A DNA stretch of 64,000 bases from Sphaerodactylus townsendi (taxonomy: Eukaryota). Made by a program: the position numbers and the translations under genes. The stretch covers positions 24,428,001 to 24,492,000 of the forward strand of contig NC_059429.1 of the NCBI RefSeq assembly GCF_021028975.2, written 5' to 3'. Shown here in pieces: positions 1 through 12,289 of this stretch. How positions within the stretch are numbered: position 1 is the first letter of the stretch; each line of letters begins with the position of its first letter. The notes beneath the pieces were generated by a model, which was given only the letters and a program-made list of their open reading frames with translations, ran no database searches and had not been told where the DNA came from.

Positions 1-1502
1 TTCAAGCCAGTGGACATGTTTGGAATTCTGATATAGTGAGGTGGGCACAGCCACAAAATGGCTTCCACAAAATGGCTGCCAGAGAAGGTACAGCCAGGCT
101 AATTTTCAGCCAAACAGTAAAGCTCCTTGTGTTGTGGTGGCTGCCGCAGCAAAAACAGTGTGTTTAAAAACCTGTCCAGACAATCAAATCTACATGGCCA
201 ACTGGATGTTTTGCTGGGTAAAAGCCTCACCTGGCCCTGCTGATTTTCTGAAAACACCTGAAAAATACCAGGAAATTTGCCATTGGACTCCAAGGCACAC
301 ATGGGAACTACATTGGGGATCCTTGAACTAGCCTGACTTTCCCCCTCTACTTTCTGCAGATAATTAATCTGGGCAAAGCAAAGGCAGAAGACAATGGGTT
401 CTTGGGTCTTATTCTGAGGCTCACAGCATGTGAAAACTGTTTTGCTAGACCTGTCTCAAATAAAGGTGTTAGTAAGGTCAATTGAGGTGCAGCAAGCAAG
501 AAAATGTATGCCTATGCATCAGAATATAGTCCTGAACGATTATGAGAATTATCATTCATTTTCACTCGCTGACTTTGTCAAAACTGTTATTTTGTGCATT
601 ATTGAACATGGTACTTTGATACAAGACCATTTATAGTTCACTGTATTTTTACTTTCATTTTTTTTCTTGAACACTAAGCTTTATTTACTAACTACAGAGA
701 TGACAATGGCTGTTGCAGCCATTTACATCCATATGCAGACAGGCATGAAATTGTATTTTTACTTTCAAATGGATGGGGGAGCAGGGCTAGTTAGAAACTA
801 GCATCCGCCAAACAAAGAGGGTCCTTGCATGCCCATACATGGAGGAACTACTCTTGCCGCTCCCACCCGTGAAAACTCCCTGCACATAAAAACAGGTTTT
901 TTGCAAGATTTGTTTGTTTTCTGTTTAATACAAATTATAATCTCTCACCTATTTTCTAAAGTTGTACACTGCATTCTGCCACCTCAGTCTGCGATGCATG
1001 TAGACCAGAACTTAGATTTCTCCTACCCCATCCCCCACACTAGAACAGGGTTTAGTCCAGGTTTAGAATTTGATTTATTTGAGCATTTTCAGGCTACTTT
1101 TTTCTCCAATTTATGGAATCCAAAGCAGCTTATATGCTGGGGATCCGTCCCAAAACCCCAGTCTCAAAATTCTGTCTCTGTGAAAAGATGTTAATAGGAT
1201 TATATATTCTCTCCCCCTTCAAGCTTTAAGGGCATGATCCACTCTACCATCACCTCATTCTGTGGCATTATTAATTAAGTCTAACTCCAGTAAATCTGCA
1301 CACTGTGGTATTCATATGTTGCAGGTGAAGTGGAGTTACTTTTCAGCTAAAATGCTTTCACCATGCAAGACGAATGGAAAAAGAAGAAGAAAGGAATGGA
1401 AAAGGAAGAAGAAAGCATAACAACAAGCCATGTTCATGCTTTTTCAGGCTGAAGGAATCTTCTATGAATATATTTTGATGTGTCTTTTATGCATACAAAC
1501 CA

Positions 1503-2003
1503 GGTGACATCCAGCAGAGGCCAATTTGCTGGTGGTCCCTGGCCCCTCAATGATGCGGCTGGCCTCCACCCGGGCCAGGGCCTTTATAGCCCTGGCCCCT
1601 GCCTTCCAGGGAACGCTTCTTCCTCCAAAGCCAGTCCGGCCCCAGCGGGACCCGGGCTGTTCTGCGAGGCCTGTAAGACCGAAGCTGTTCCACCCCGCCT
1701 GTGGCGCCTGTCGCTGATTGCCCCCTTCCCCCCTTTTTTGTAACATCAGTAGACCCTGCCGTCCCCTCCCTCTTTTTCTTAAGGGGCTTAGGTTGCGGGA
1801 CGCCATCTATTGTGCTCTGCAATTAGAATGCTGTGTTTTAATGGGGTTTAGTTTTAAATTGTACAGAGCCATATTTACTTTCTTTCTGGTTGTTTGTTGA
1901 TTTTATCCTGTGCTCTGTCTGTATATTTTGTGTCCACCACCCTGACCCCTTCGGGGGGCCGGGGCGGTATACAAATGCAATAAATAAAATAAATAAAATA
2001 AAT
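1503..2003 (+). mobile_element. L2-like LINE 3' fragment
   Basis: STRARAFIALAP...RPVRPKLF remnant of a LINE C-terminus; ccaccctgaccccttcgggg stem and (TAAAA)n tail. Confidence 0.7.
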
Positions 2004-3834
2004 ATATTTTAAAGAAAGAACTTTCAGCTTTTATGGTGATTCTGGAAAGTGCCATCAGGTTGCAACCAACTTATGGCAACCCTTTAGGGTTTTCAAGGCA
2101 AGAGATGCTCAGAGGGGTTTGCCGTTGCCTTCCTCTGCATAGCAACCCTGAACTTCCTTAGTTGTCTTTCATCCAAATGCTAACCAGAGCTAACCCTATT
2201 TAGCTACAGAGATTTGACAAGATCAGGCTAACCCGGACCATCTGGGATTTTACAGTTGTAAACAAAACCATTTCACAATCCATGTTGGCTTTTCATTTTA
2301 TTAATTCTTTGCTCTTTAAAAGCTCTTTTAAGATTATCACAAATGCATTACTGCATGTATTCAAGCAGGAATTTTACTGATATGATTGATGATTCAGCTT
2401 TTATCATTTTTCTGTAAGGATTCAATATATCCCACCTACATGGGTCTTAGCTGTTTCACTGAAGATCTGCAAATAGTATCAGGAATGTTATATTATACTA
2501 CTAGAAGACTATAGTCTTCTACTACTATTGAACTTTCTTGGACTTTCTTCCTGGCAGTTTTATTATCACCAGTAGCAGCAACAATACCTATTCTTAGCCG
2601 ACATTCCCAGCTCTGTTTCTGAATTATAATTTCCCTTTTAAAACGCTGAAAGGAGAACGTGTACTCAATTACTAACCAAATACAGCCCACATCACTGAGA
2701 TCAGAATCAAGTTTGCCTGATGTAGAACAAAGCAAAAGCCAGAAAACTAGCAAGCAACTTCTTTAAAATAAGACTGCTGATCAACTGTGCAAAGGCTACT
2801 TGTTTTAAAATGGAAAACCAACATCTCCAAAGGGAAAGAAGACAGGCTGCCTTACACTCAGGAAAGTTCCCATACTTGTAATGCAAACAGACCAGATCTT
2901 TGATCCATTTTCACACCACTACGTTGCCTTTTTCTTCAGGTTTCCTGCTGGCTACAAGGCAGAGCTCTCTCCTGGTATGAAACTTCCTCTTTCTTTTAGC
3001 AAACTTACTCCAGCTGTTCACCTACAGTCCTTACTTTGTTCTCATCAGTAATCACTCACAGTCCTTTCACAAGATAGTTTTCAGGAACTTAAGGGGACAC
3101 CATCAATTTAGGATGGAATAATGGGCCAAATGGAGCAGGGTCGTGGTTAAGACCAGCAGACTTCAATCTGATGAACCGGGTTCACGTCCCTGCACACGAG
3201 CCCTGCTGTCTCTTGCCAGAAAACCTTACAGGGTCTCCATAAGTCAGCTGTGACTTGATGACACACACACATATAATGACCCATGCACATGTTCTTTTGC
3301 TCACCAGACTTCCTCAAGGCAGTAACAGTTCTATTTATTAGCCTGACACTATTATAGGAATATTTGGCACTTATTCTGCAACACTCTTATTCCAAAATGG
3401 TTACTAGCCAGCATGGTATAGTGGTTGACATGTTGGGCTAGGATCTGCAAGATCCAGGTTCAAATTCCACACTTTGTCATGGGAGCTCGCTGGATAGCCT
3501 GGGACCAGTCACACACACTCAGTTTAGCCTAGCTCAAAGGATTGTGGCTAAGAGGATAAAATGAAGGAGGGAAAGAACATGGCTCCACTGGGTCCCAATT
3601 GAGAAAAAAAATAAAGATAAAATGAAACGATAAAAGACACATTCAAAATGAAAGTGAAAAATCATGATTAATCCCTTAAAGAACATTTAGCACATGAAAC
3701 TAGATGATTCTGAAGTTTATTTAGGTCATTTACATCCTGCCTGTCTCCTCAATGCAGGGCCCAAAGTTTAACGTTATTCTCTTCTCCTCCATTTTATTCT
3801 AACAATCACCCTGTGAGGTAGGGTAGGCTTAGAG

Positions 3835-4014
3835 CAGTGGTTCTCAACCTTCCTAATGCCGTGACCCTTTAATACAGTTCCTCATGTTGTGGTGACCCCC
3901 GACCCTAACATTTGTCCATTTTACAGATGGAGAACACTGATGCAGAGAGGCAACCCCTGTGAAAGGGTCGTTCAACCCCCAAAGGGGTCCCGACCCCCGG
4001 GTTGAGAACCACTG
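3835..4014 (+). mobile_element. SPIN/URR1-like hAT MITE
   Basis: cagtggttctcaaccttcctaatgccgtgaccctttaatacagttcctcatgttgtggtgaccccc...aaaggggtc...gttgagaaccactg; 8-bp TSD GCTTAGAG. Confidence 0.85.
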
Positions 4015-4371
4015 GCTTAGAGTGTGAGTAACCCATGACAGAGTGGGGATTCAAACCTAGATCTCCCAGCTCATAGTCTGGCACTATCCACTGAACCACA
4101 CCAGCTATTCTCTTCACTGGAAAGAAGGAATCAAATACTAAGCTTCCTATTCCCAAGTTGCCGTCAAATTTTCCACACACTCTCCTCAACCATGATGTCT
4201 ATAATTGTTCTTGATGACTGAAAGTGTTCTAGAGGAATTGGATGTGGCTCACCCCCAATTTCATCAGGAACATTCTTCTTGGGGTTACACAAATGTGATG
4301 CAATATGCAGCAATACATTTCCTTATATGAGTGAAACTGCCTTCTATCTTTCGTAGTTGGAGTATCTAGGC

Positions 4372-4814
4372 CAGGGGTAGGGAACCTGCGGCTCGAGAGC
4401 CGCATGTCGCCCCTCTCTGCTCCACTTGCACTGTGGCTCCACTCTGTCGAGCCGCCCGGCCCCCATCCTTGCCCACTCTGCAGGCAGCAGGACGAGCACA
4501 CCAACTGCCCACGGTCGGCTGGGCCACGCTGCGGGCTTCCCCTCTCGCCCGCCCCATTGGAGCGGGGAGGGCGCTTTCCCAGCGGCTGGCAAGGCCGAGC
4601 CGCTGGCTTCATCCTTGCCCGCCCTGCAGGCAGGAGGGGGGGCGCATCCATGCGCTTCTCAGAATGAGGGGAGTAAAAGGTTAAAAAAAAACCTATATAT
4701 ATAGTGTTATCTTTATTTTAAATGTCAAAAATTATTTGCGGCTCCAAGTGTTTTCTTTTCCCGTGGAAAACGGGTCCAAATGGCTCTTTGAGTGTTAAAG
4801 GTTCCCTACCCCTG
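4372..4814. mobile_element. hAT (Charlie-type) MITE
   Basis: TIR caggggtagggaacct; TSD ATCTAGGC. Confidence 0.9.
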
Positions 4815-4952
4815 ATCTAGGCCTAATACTAAATCTCACTGGATTTACTTCTCTAGATCATACAGGTAGATGTGAGAACAATGGTCCATTTGATTTGGTA
4901 CCTTGCCTCTGCTAACAGTGAGGCACCAATGCTTCTTCAGATACAATGTCCA

Positions 4953-5537
4953 AGGAAAGAAACCCATTTCGCCATGACATACCCCTGAAGATGCCAGCCA
5001 TAGACGTGGGCGAAACATTTGGAGCAAATGGGACCGCATCTTCCCATACTGCCCTACAAGTCGGAGGGGAACCTCCTGGTGATCCCTGGCCCGAGGGATA
5101 TCCAGTTGGCTTCTACAAGAGCCAGGGTGATGTCAGGGTTCTGCAGAAACTATATCAATATATATTAAGACATAGCTGCTCCACCAGGCCTTTTCCAACT
5201 AGCCAGCCAGATCGACTGAATCCAGTATAACATCCTTCGGTCTCCAGGGGGAGGGAACTGAAGATGGGATGGATCATGGGATGGATGAATCTACACTAAT
5301 TATCATCTCAGCATTTTTAAATGATTGGTTGGGGGGTATATTTTTAATGTGACTGTTTATAGAACGTTTTTTTTAATTTGTTGTAACCTGTCCAGAGCCC
5401 TTTGGGGATTGGGCAGGATAGAGGTCCAACAAATAAATAAATAAATAAATAAATAAATACTACGAAATTACAACCACACAGCCTGGGAAACTCAAAACGG
5501 CCAGTTGGTTCCAGCTGTGAAAGCTTTCAACAATACA
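4953..5537 (+). mobile_element. Penelope-derived repeat interrupted by an L2-like 3' fragment with a (TAAA)n tail
   Basis: ctgaagatgcc...ggcgaaac at 4985-5016; the repeat resumes at about 5461 after the insert (about 5030-5459). Confidence 0.65.
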
Positions 5538-6473
5538 CTTCTTCAACTGTGTTTGAATTCTTCACACCTTCAACACTGAAAAAAATAGGGAGAATGTGAT
5601 TTGATTTTTTTTTTAACTGACTATTCTGGTTTCTGTACCACATCACGGCTGCAGGAAACACATTATGCATGGCAAGCCGTTCCGTTCCAAAAATCCATTG
5701 AACTTTAAGCTTGCTGACTGTATTGATACTGAACTGAGCGTGGACACTCAACTGGCATAGTCCACTGCTCCTGGGCTCCAGTGATTTATCAGTCTCCGCA
5801 GCAGCTAGGATGACAGGCTCAAGTTGACTGTACCTGGCTGTATCCTTGGACACATCTATTCTTTTTTTTTAATTGAATCAGTTATTTATATAAGATTTAA
5901 ATCATGATTACCCATTTGTACTTTAGGGGTTTCCTAAACCAGTTTATGAAGGAACAATAAGAGAAAGAAATGTACACCAGCAATCTTTACAATAGGCATG
6001 GGGAGGGAGGTGATCACGTAATGAATAAGCTGATATGCAGATTGCAGATTATTAAAACATTTGTTTTAGAAGACCGTGATTTGCTTTTACAGGGTTACAT
6101 GGGTAAACATGTTTGACTTCAGTTCAGGTGTCATTTTAAGTGTCCTCATTTAAAAATAAACAATTTTTAGCCATTCAGGTCTACTCTGTGGCTGAAGATG
6201 TTTGCCTTAATCTTGAAGACTACCCATTCGCTATTCCAAGGTGTATCTCATCCACTTTTGAAACTTAACTATTCTGCTGACAAGTGTGACTTCCAACACA
6301 ATGGTTTTCCATAAAGCACCCATGTATTATGAAATATTCTCTGGGCTTGGGTTTATCATAACAACCACGCTGCCATAAATCTCTACATGCACTCAAGGGC
6401 ACCCTTGGTTGCAAAACCATTCCGAAGTTCAGAAGAGAGAACAAAGGTCCTTAAATTAAACAAGTTCATGTAA

Positions 6474-7147
6474 TGTGAAGGCTTTCATGGCGGGATTCAA
6501 CTGGTTGTTGTGGGTTTTTCGGACTGTGTGGTCTGGAAGATCTTGTTTCAAATGTTTCACCTGCACCTGTGGTTGGCATCTTCAGAGGTGTATCACAGAG
6601 AGAAGTCTGAAACTTCTCTCCAGAGATGCAGCAAAGGGGGCACGATGCACCCCCCCCCAAGGGAGTGTGGTGAGGGCATGCTGGGGTGGGGACGTTTCAG
6701 GGCGGGGGCGTTTGGGGGCAGGGGCAGATGGGGGCGTGGCAGGGGTGGAGGACGCACCAGTGCACTGGGCGCTTTCCCCCTCGCTCCGTCCCCGCTTTTC
6801 TCTGACAGAGAGCACGTTGAAGGCTTTCATGGCCGGAATGAACTGGCTGTTGTGGGTTTTCCAGGCTATGTGGTTGTGGTCTGCTAGTCAAACTTTTTGC
6901 TTCAATCGATAGCTGGCATATTCAGAGGCATGTCATGATAAGATGTGTTTCTCTCTTACCGTGACATGCCACTGAAGATGCCAGCCACAGGTGCAGGCAA
7001 AATGTTGGGGGCAAAGACTACCAGACCACAGCCACACAGCCTGGAAAACCCAAAACACCTCTGAAGATGCTAGTCACAGATGCAGGCGAAACATTAGGAA
7101 CAAGATCTGCCAGACCACAGCCACACAGCCCGGAAAACCCACAACAA
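6474..7147. mobile_element. Cluster of Penelope-derived short repeats with hammerhead-like cores: two - copies and two + copies, one pair forming a foldback
   Basis: gaaggctttcatggccgg...ggcatcttcagagg units and their reverse complements; a GC-rich MITE fragment lies between them at about 6626-6807. Confidence 0.8.
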
Positions 7148-7770
7148 GAAGTTCACATAAGTCTGTAAGCTCCTGAAAACCCTGATGCGGAGGTTAACTT
7201 TTTGCAAGCAATGAATCAATGTTGCATGCTGGCATATCTATGCCTAATAAAGGTCTTTGATTTGCTGGCATATTTAAAATGTTAGCATTCACAAAAGCCT
7301 TAGAAATTGAAAGCTTTATATATATAAAAAATAAAAACCTGTCATTTTTATATGACCTGGAGAGCCTGAACTTGTCAGGTCTCACAAACAAAGCAGGGTC
7401 GAATCTGACAAGTATTTGGATGGGAGATTTCCAAGGAGTATCAAGGGTGTGATGTGGAGGCAGGCAATGGCAATAACCTTTGAACATCTCTCGCCTTGAA
7501 AACTCCATCAGGGGTTATAAGTCAGATGTGACTTTGACAGCAAAAATAAATAAATCACCCTGAGATTTTCGAAGATAGAAGTAGAAAAGTTTGGATTTTT
7601 ACCCCACTTTCTCTCCTGTAAGTAGTCTCAAGGTGGTTTACCTTATCCTTCCCTTCCTCTCCCCACAACAGACACCTTGTGAGGTAGGTGGGGCTGAAAT
7701 AGAGTTCTAAGAGGACTATGACTAACCCAAGCAGGAATGTCGAAGCCGGAACACAAATCTGGTTTACCAG

Positions 7771-10700
7771 ATAAGCATAAGCATAAGCATAAGCATTTTA
7801 TTGTCATTGTGCATGCACAACGAAATTTACAGCAGCATTCCTCGATGCACACAATTTCAGACTCATACATCATCATCCTCCACCCATCCCTACACAGCCC
7901 CAAATACATCAATATGAAGCAGCGGAGTTTAGCATAGCCACAGCTCTAGAGTAGAAGCTGTCTCTAAACCTCTTTGTCCTAGTTCTGAGGGCCCTGTATC
8001 GTCTGCCAGATGGTAGCAGTTTAAAAAGAGAGTGTGCTGGATGAGACGGGTCCCTCAGAATATTTTGGGCTTTATTTAGGCTTCGGGCATATATAGATTT
8101 CTTCCAAGGAGGGGAGAGGGCAGCCGATAATCCTCTGTGCAGTGGTGATCACCCTTTGGAGCGCCTTCCTATTCGCCACTGTGCAACTGGAGAACCATAC
8201 ACAGATGCAGTAGGTTAGGACACTCTCTATAGCACAGCGGTAAAAGGACACCAGGAGTTTTCCATCCAGTTGCTGCTTCCTTAAAAGTCTCAGATAGTAC
8301 AGTCTTTGCTGGGCTTTCTTAACCACCGCGGCAGTCTGTACTCCCCAGGTCAAATCCTCTTTAATCATAACGCTCAGAAATTTAAAACTAGCCACCCGCT
8401 CCACTTGATCTCCATTTATAGTCAAGGGCTGAATTTCTGAGCTATTCCTTCTATAGTCCACTATGAGCTCCTTTGTCTTGTTAGTGTTAAGAAACAGGTT
8501 ATTTTCCCTGCACCATGAGAGCAGTCGGTCCACTTCATTCCGATAGGCAGACTCATCCCCTCCAGAGATGAGCCCCACCACCGTTGTGTCATCAGCAAAT
8601 TTGATAATGGTGTTACTATGATAGACAGGAGTACAATCATATGTATAAAGGGTGAACAGTAAAGGACTCAACACACAGCCCTGTGGCGTTCCCATATTTA
8701 GAGTAAGAACTGAGGACACACGATTTCCCAGTATAAGCCTCTGGGAACGTCCAGACAAGAAGTCCCTAATCCACAAACAGATTGAATGTGAGAGTCCAAG
8801 GTCCACAAGTTTTGTCACCAGTCTTTGTGGCGAGATTGTATTAAATGCGGAACTAAAGTCCGCAAAGAGCATTCGCACATAATTCCCCTGCTGTTCCAGA
8901 TGCGTCAAAGCTGTGTGGAGGCTATTAGTCCGATATGCGAACTGATGTTTATCAAATGTATCTGGAAGGCAAGAACTAATATGCCTATGGACCAGTTTTT
9001 CAAAACACTTCATGATGATGGGGGTGAGTGCCACTGGTCTATAATCTTGAAGATTGTCAGCAGGAAATCTCTTTGGTAGTGGAACAATGGTGGAAGCTTT
9101 CAAACAAGATGGAATGGTGGACTGGGATAAAGATCGATTAAAGATCCCAGTAAAAACACCAGCCAGTTGGTTAGCGCATTCCTTTAACACCCGACCGGGA
9201 ATACCATCCGGTCCAGCAGCCTTCCTTGGATTCACAGCCCTCAAAACTTGCCTCACCTCATGTTCCTCCACAGTGAGGTGTGAGCTGCAATCACCTAGTG
9301 GCTGTGTGTCATCTCCTTCTGATAGACCTGTTTCAAAGCGGGCAAAATAGTGATTTAGCTCCTCTGCCAGAGAAGAAGAATCCCCATCTACAGAGATGTC
9401 ATTGGTTGGTTTATGATTGGTAATTTGTTGAATCCCCTGCCACACCTGCCTCATGTTGTTATTATTAAAATAATCTTCAATTTTTCTCTTATAACTCATC
9501 TTGGCTTGTCAAATGCCTCTCTTTGAGACTGGCTCTCGCCGCACTATACTTTGCCTCATCACCAGATCTGAAAGCAAGATTCCTGTCATGCAAAAGTCGC
9601 TGAACCTGCCTGGTCATCCAGGGGTTATGGTTGGGAGTAAATCCGGATGCGCTTATCCACAGTAAGAGTGTCTGTGCAGTAGGTGATATAACTCAGAACA
9701 GCAGTGGTATACTCCTCCAGATCTGGGTGGTAGAAAACATCCCAATTTGTTGTCTCAAACAATCTTGAAGTAGTTTAGAGGCATCATCAGGCCAGGATTT
9801 TACAGTCTTTATTACAGGCAACACCCGCCTCCCCAAGTGGAATATATGCTGGTGCCAGAAACAGTGACAAATGGTCTGACTGACCCAAGTGTGGTAAATT
9901 TGTATCACCTTGTAGGCATCCTTAATGTTGGTATACACTTTATCCAATGTATTGGATCCTCTAGTGGGGCACCTAACATGCTGGTAGAGTTTAGGGAGCA
10001 CTGTTTTTAAATTAGTATGATTAAAGTCTCCTCCTATAATGAGCACAGCATCAGGATGCTTTTTCTGCTGGTTTTCAACAATGTTATACAGAGAGCTCAA
10101 AGCTATGGCAGCATTAGCATCAGGTGGAATGTATACCGCAATGATGATAACCACACTAAACTCCCGTGGCAGATATATGGGTCTGCATCTAATAGTCATA
10201 CTTTCCACCTCCCTTTGAGCAGTGACCCCCTGTGATGCTTGCATTAGTGCACCTGCTCTTATTCACATATACGCTTAATCACCCTCCTTTCTGCTTCCCA
10301 GAATCTTTACTGCTTCTGTCCTGCCGGAAAGAAGTGAAACCAGGTAGTTCAACTGCCGCATCGGGAATTTGTGAGTGAAGCCAGGTTTCTGTAATTAATA
10401 AAACACAGCTGTTCTTGCCAAACCTGCTCTTCACAGTCTGTAGCCTTAATTCATCCATTTTGTTGATAAGAGATCGTGCATTAGTAAGAAAAATGCTTGG
10501 AAGTGCAGACTTGAAACTACACCTTCCCAGCTTAGTAAAAACACCAGCCCGGCACCCTCTCTTCCTCCTTCTATCCCGCCTTCGTCTCAACCTTCTACCA
10601 GGAATTGTAATCCAGGGTTCCCCCGGGATTACGATTCCCCCGGTTCCTAGCTGCCTCTGCCGGTATATTGTGAAGACATATGAAATCTTCCGTAATAGCC

Positions 10701-10870
10701 ATTTCACATTTCAGTCCAATTTGTATTAAGACTTGCCGACTATAAAAACTTCTTGCTCCACGTAGCATGTTTAAGAAGCACAAAAACACAGCACAAAAAC
10801 ACAAAACACAAAACATCCACACTACATCGAGGGAAAGCAACCAGCCGCGGTTTCCCAAGGCAGCCATCCC
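7771..10870 (-). mobile_element. Near full-length, frameshifted Rex1/Babar-type LINE (APE endonuclease plus reverse transcriptase)
   Basis: APE motifs LLITETWL, VYIPP, GGDFN, TRGSNTLD; RT motifs FADFSSAFNTI, GTPQGCVLSPLLF, KFADDTTVVGLISGGDESAYR; 3' end aaatttcgttgtg...aatgacaataaa plus (ATGCTT)n tail; ORF split across three frames. Confidence 0.88.
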
Positions 10871-12289
10871 TTCCTGGGGACCGGGAAGCTAAAACCTAAT
10901 GGCTTGAGTTGAAGAGTTGAGACGTTACGGAGAGGAGAGGGGAGGGGGGGGGTTGAGATGTTGCCGAGGCCTTGAGGGAACCTCCGATGAAACCGGGACT
11001 CGCTTGCCGCTCCTCAGTTTGAAATTCCTGCGCCTCCCGGCTACTATGACTCCCGGCTCTGTGGAGCGCTGCACCCTCCCAAGTTTTGGGAAAATGGAGA
11101 AGGCCGCCGTCTCTCCCAAGCGCGCCTCTCCCGCGCCTGCCGTCTCGCCACAACCCGACCCACAGATGAGCCTTGCCTTTTTTACTTGAGTTTAGAAGCC
11201 CTCCAGTTTAGAAGTTTTCGAGCCCCAAAAAAAGGAGGAGAACGGCAAACTCCAACTCTCCAACTCTCCGCCGCTTGCGGAGCGTCTTCCCCCACCGGAA
11301 ACCCCACCGGAAGGCATAAGAGTCAGCAGCTCAGGTGGAGGAGTGGAAATCAAATCTGGTTGTTCAGATTAGAGTCCATCTGATCTAAACCACTACACCA
11401 CATTTGCATGTATAACAGATATCTTCTATCCACAAATCACACCTGTTATCAGTTAACATCCCAACTGCATGAGAAAATCAAAGAAAGTAGACAGAGCTCT
11501 GAACGGCAAGGAAGGGGAAAGTGTGAATCAGTCCTAGGTGCCATGTGTCTAAACTGCTAGCAGACCTGAGGCTTAACTTGAGAACAAGACAGAGAATTGC
11601 TTCCTGCTCCTCTTGCCACAATGCATCACCCAAACTTCCCCAATTCCTCTCTAGCAAGTCTTGTCCTTCCCTTTCCTGTCTTTCACGCTTTCACATGGGC
11701 ACTTCCGCACATGCAGAATAATGCATATTCAATCCACTTTCAATGCACTTTGCAGCTGAATTTTACTGCACGGAATAGTCAAGTAGTATTTACTGTTTGA
11801 GCCACTGGCTATAACATCAAAAAGTACATACAGTTAAAACATTCGGATTAAAATAATAAACTTATCTTTAGGTTAAAATAGAAATGATTTATATTCACTA
11901 TATCTGAATTAAAATGCCCCATCAAGTACTTTCCATGTTGGGTGTTTTCACAGCTTCTTCATACTAAATTAAGTTGACCAAAAACTCATTGAATCATCCG
12001 TTCAAACAGTGCTTTAAATACTCTGCTCGCATTTTCCTAGCCGCCAAGGCAAAAAGAGCCATCTTGTAAGAAACATAGGAGTCAATATCAGATAGTACTG
12101 CGCGGAATAGCAAAATCCACCTGCAAACAATTCTGAAAATTGATTGAAAGTGCATTATTCTGCATATGCGAAAGTGCACTGTAACATCCCCCCACCCTTT
12201 CTGAAAGACGCGTCTCCTTGGAACAAAAGAACTGTCTGATTTTGTACCGAACTTCTACTGGGATGCCTAACAGTTCGGATATAAGAAAC

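Noticed and set aside
5527-5853. 108-aa minus-strand ORF as a possible exon of the orphan-promoter gene
   Set aside because: No recognisable homology (not FAM20B-like), no polypyrimidine acceptor, and it ends in repeat sequence
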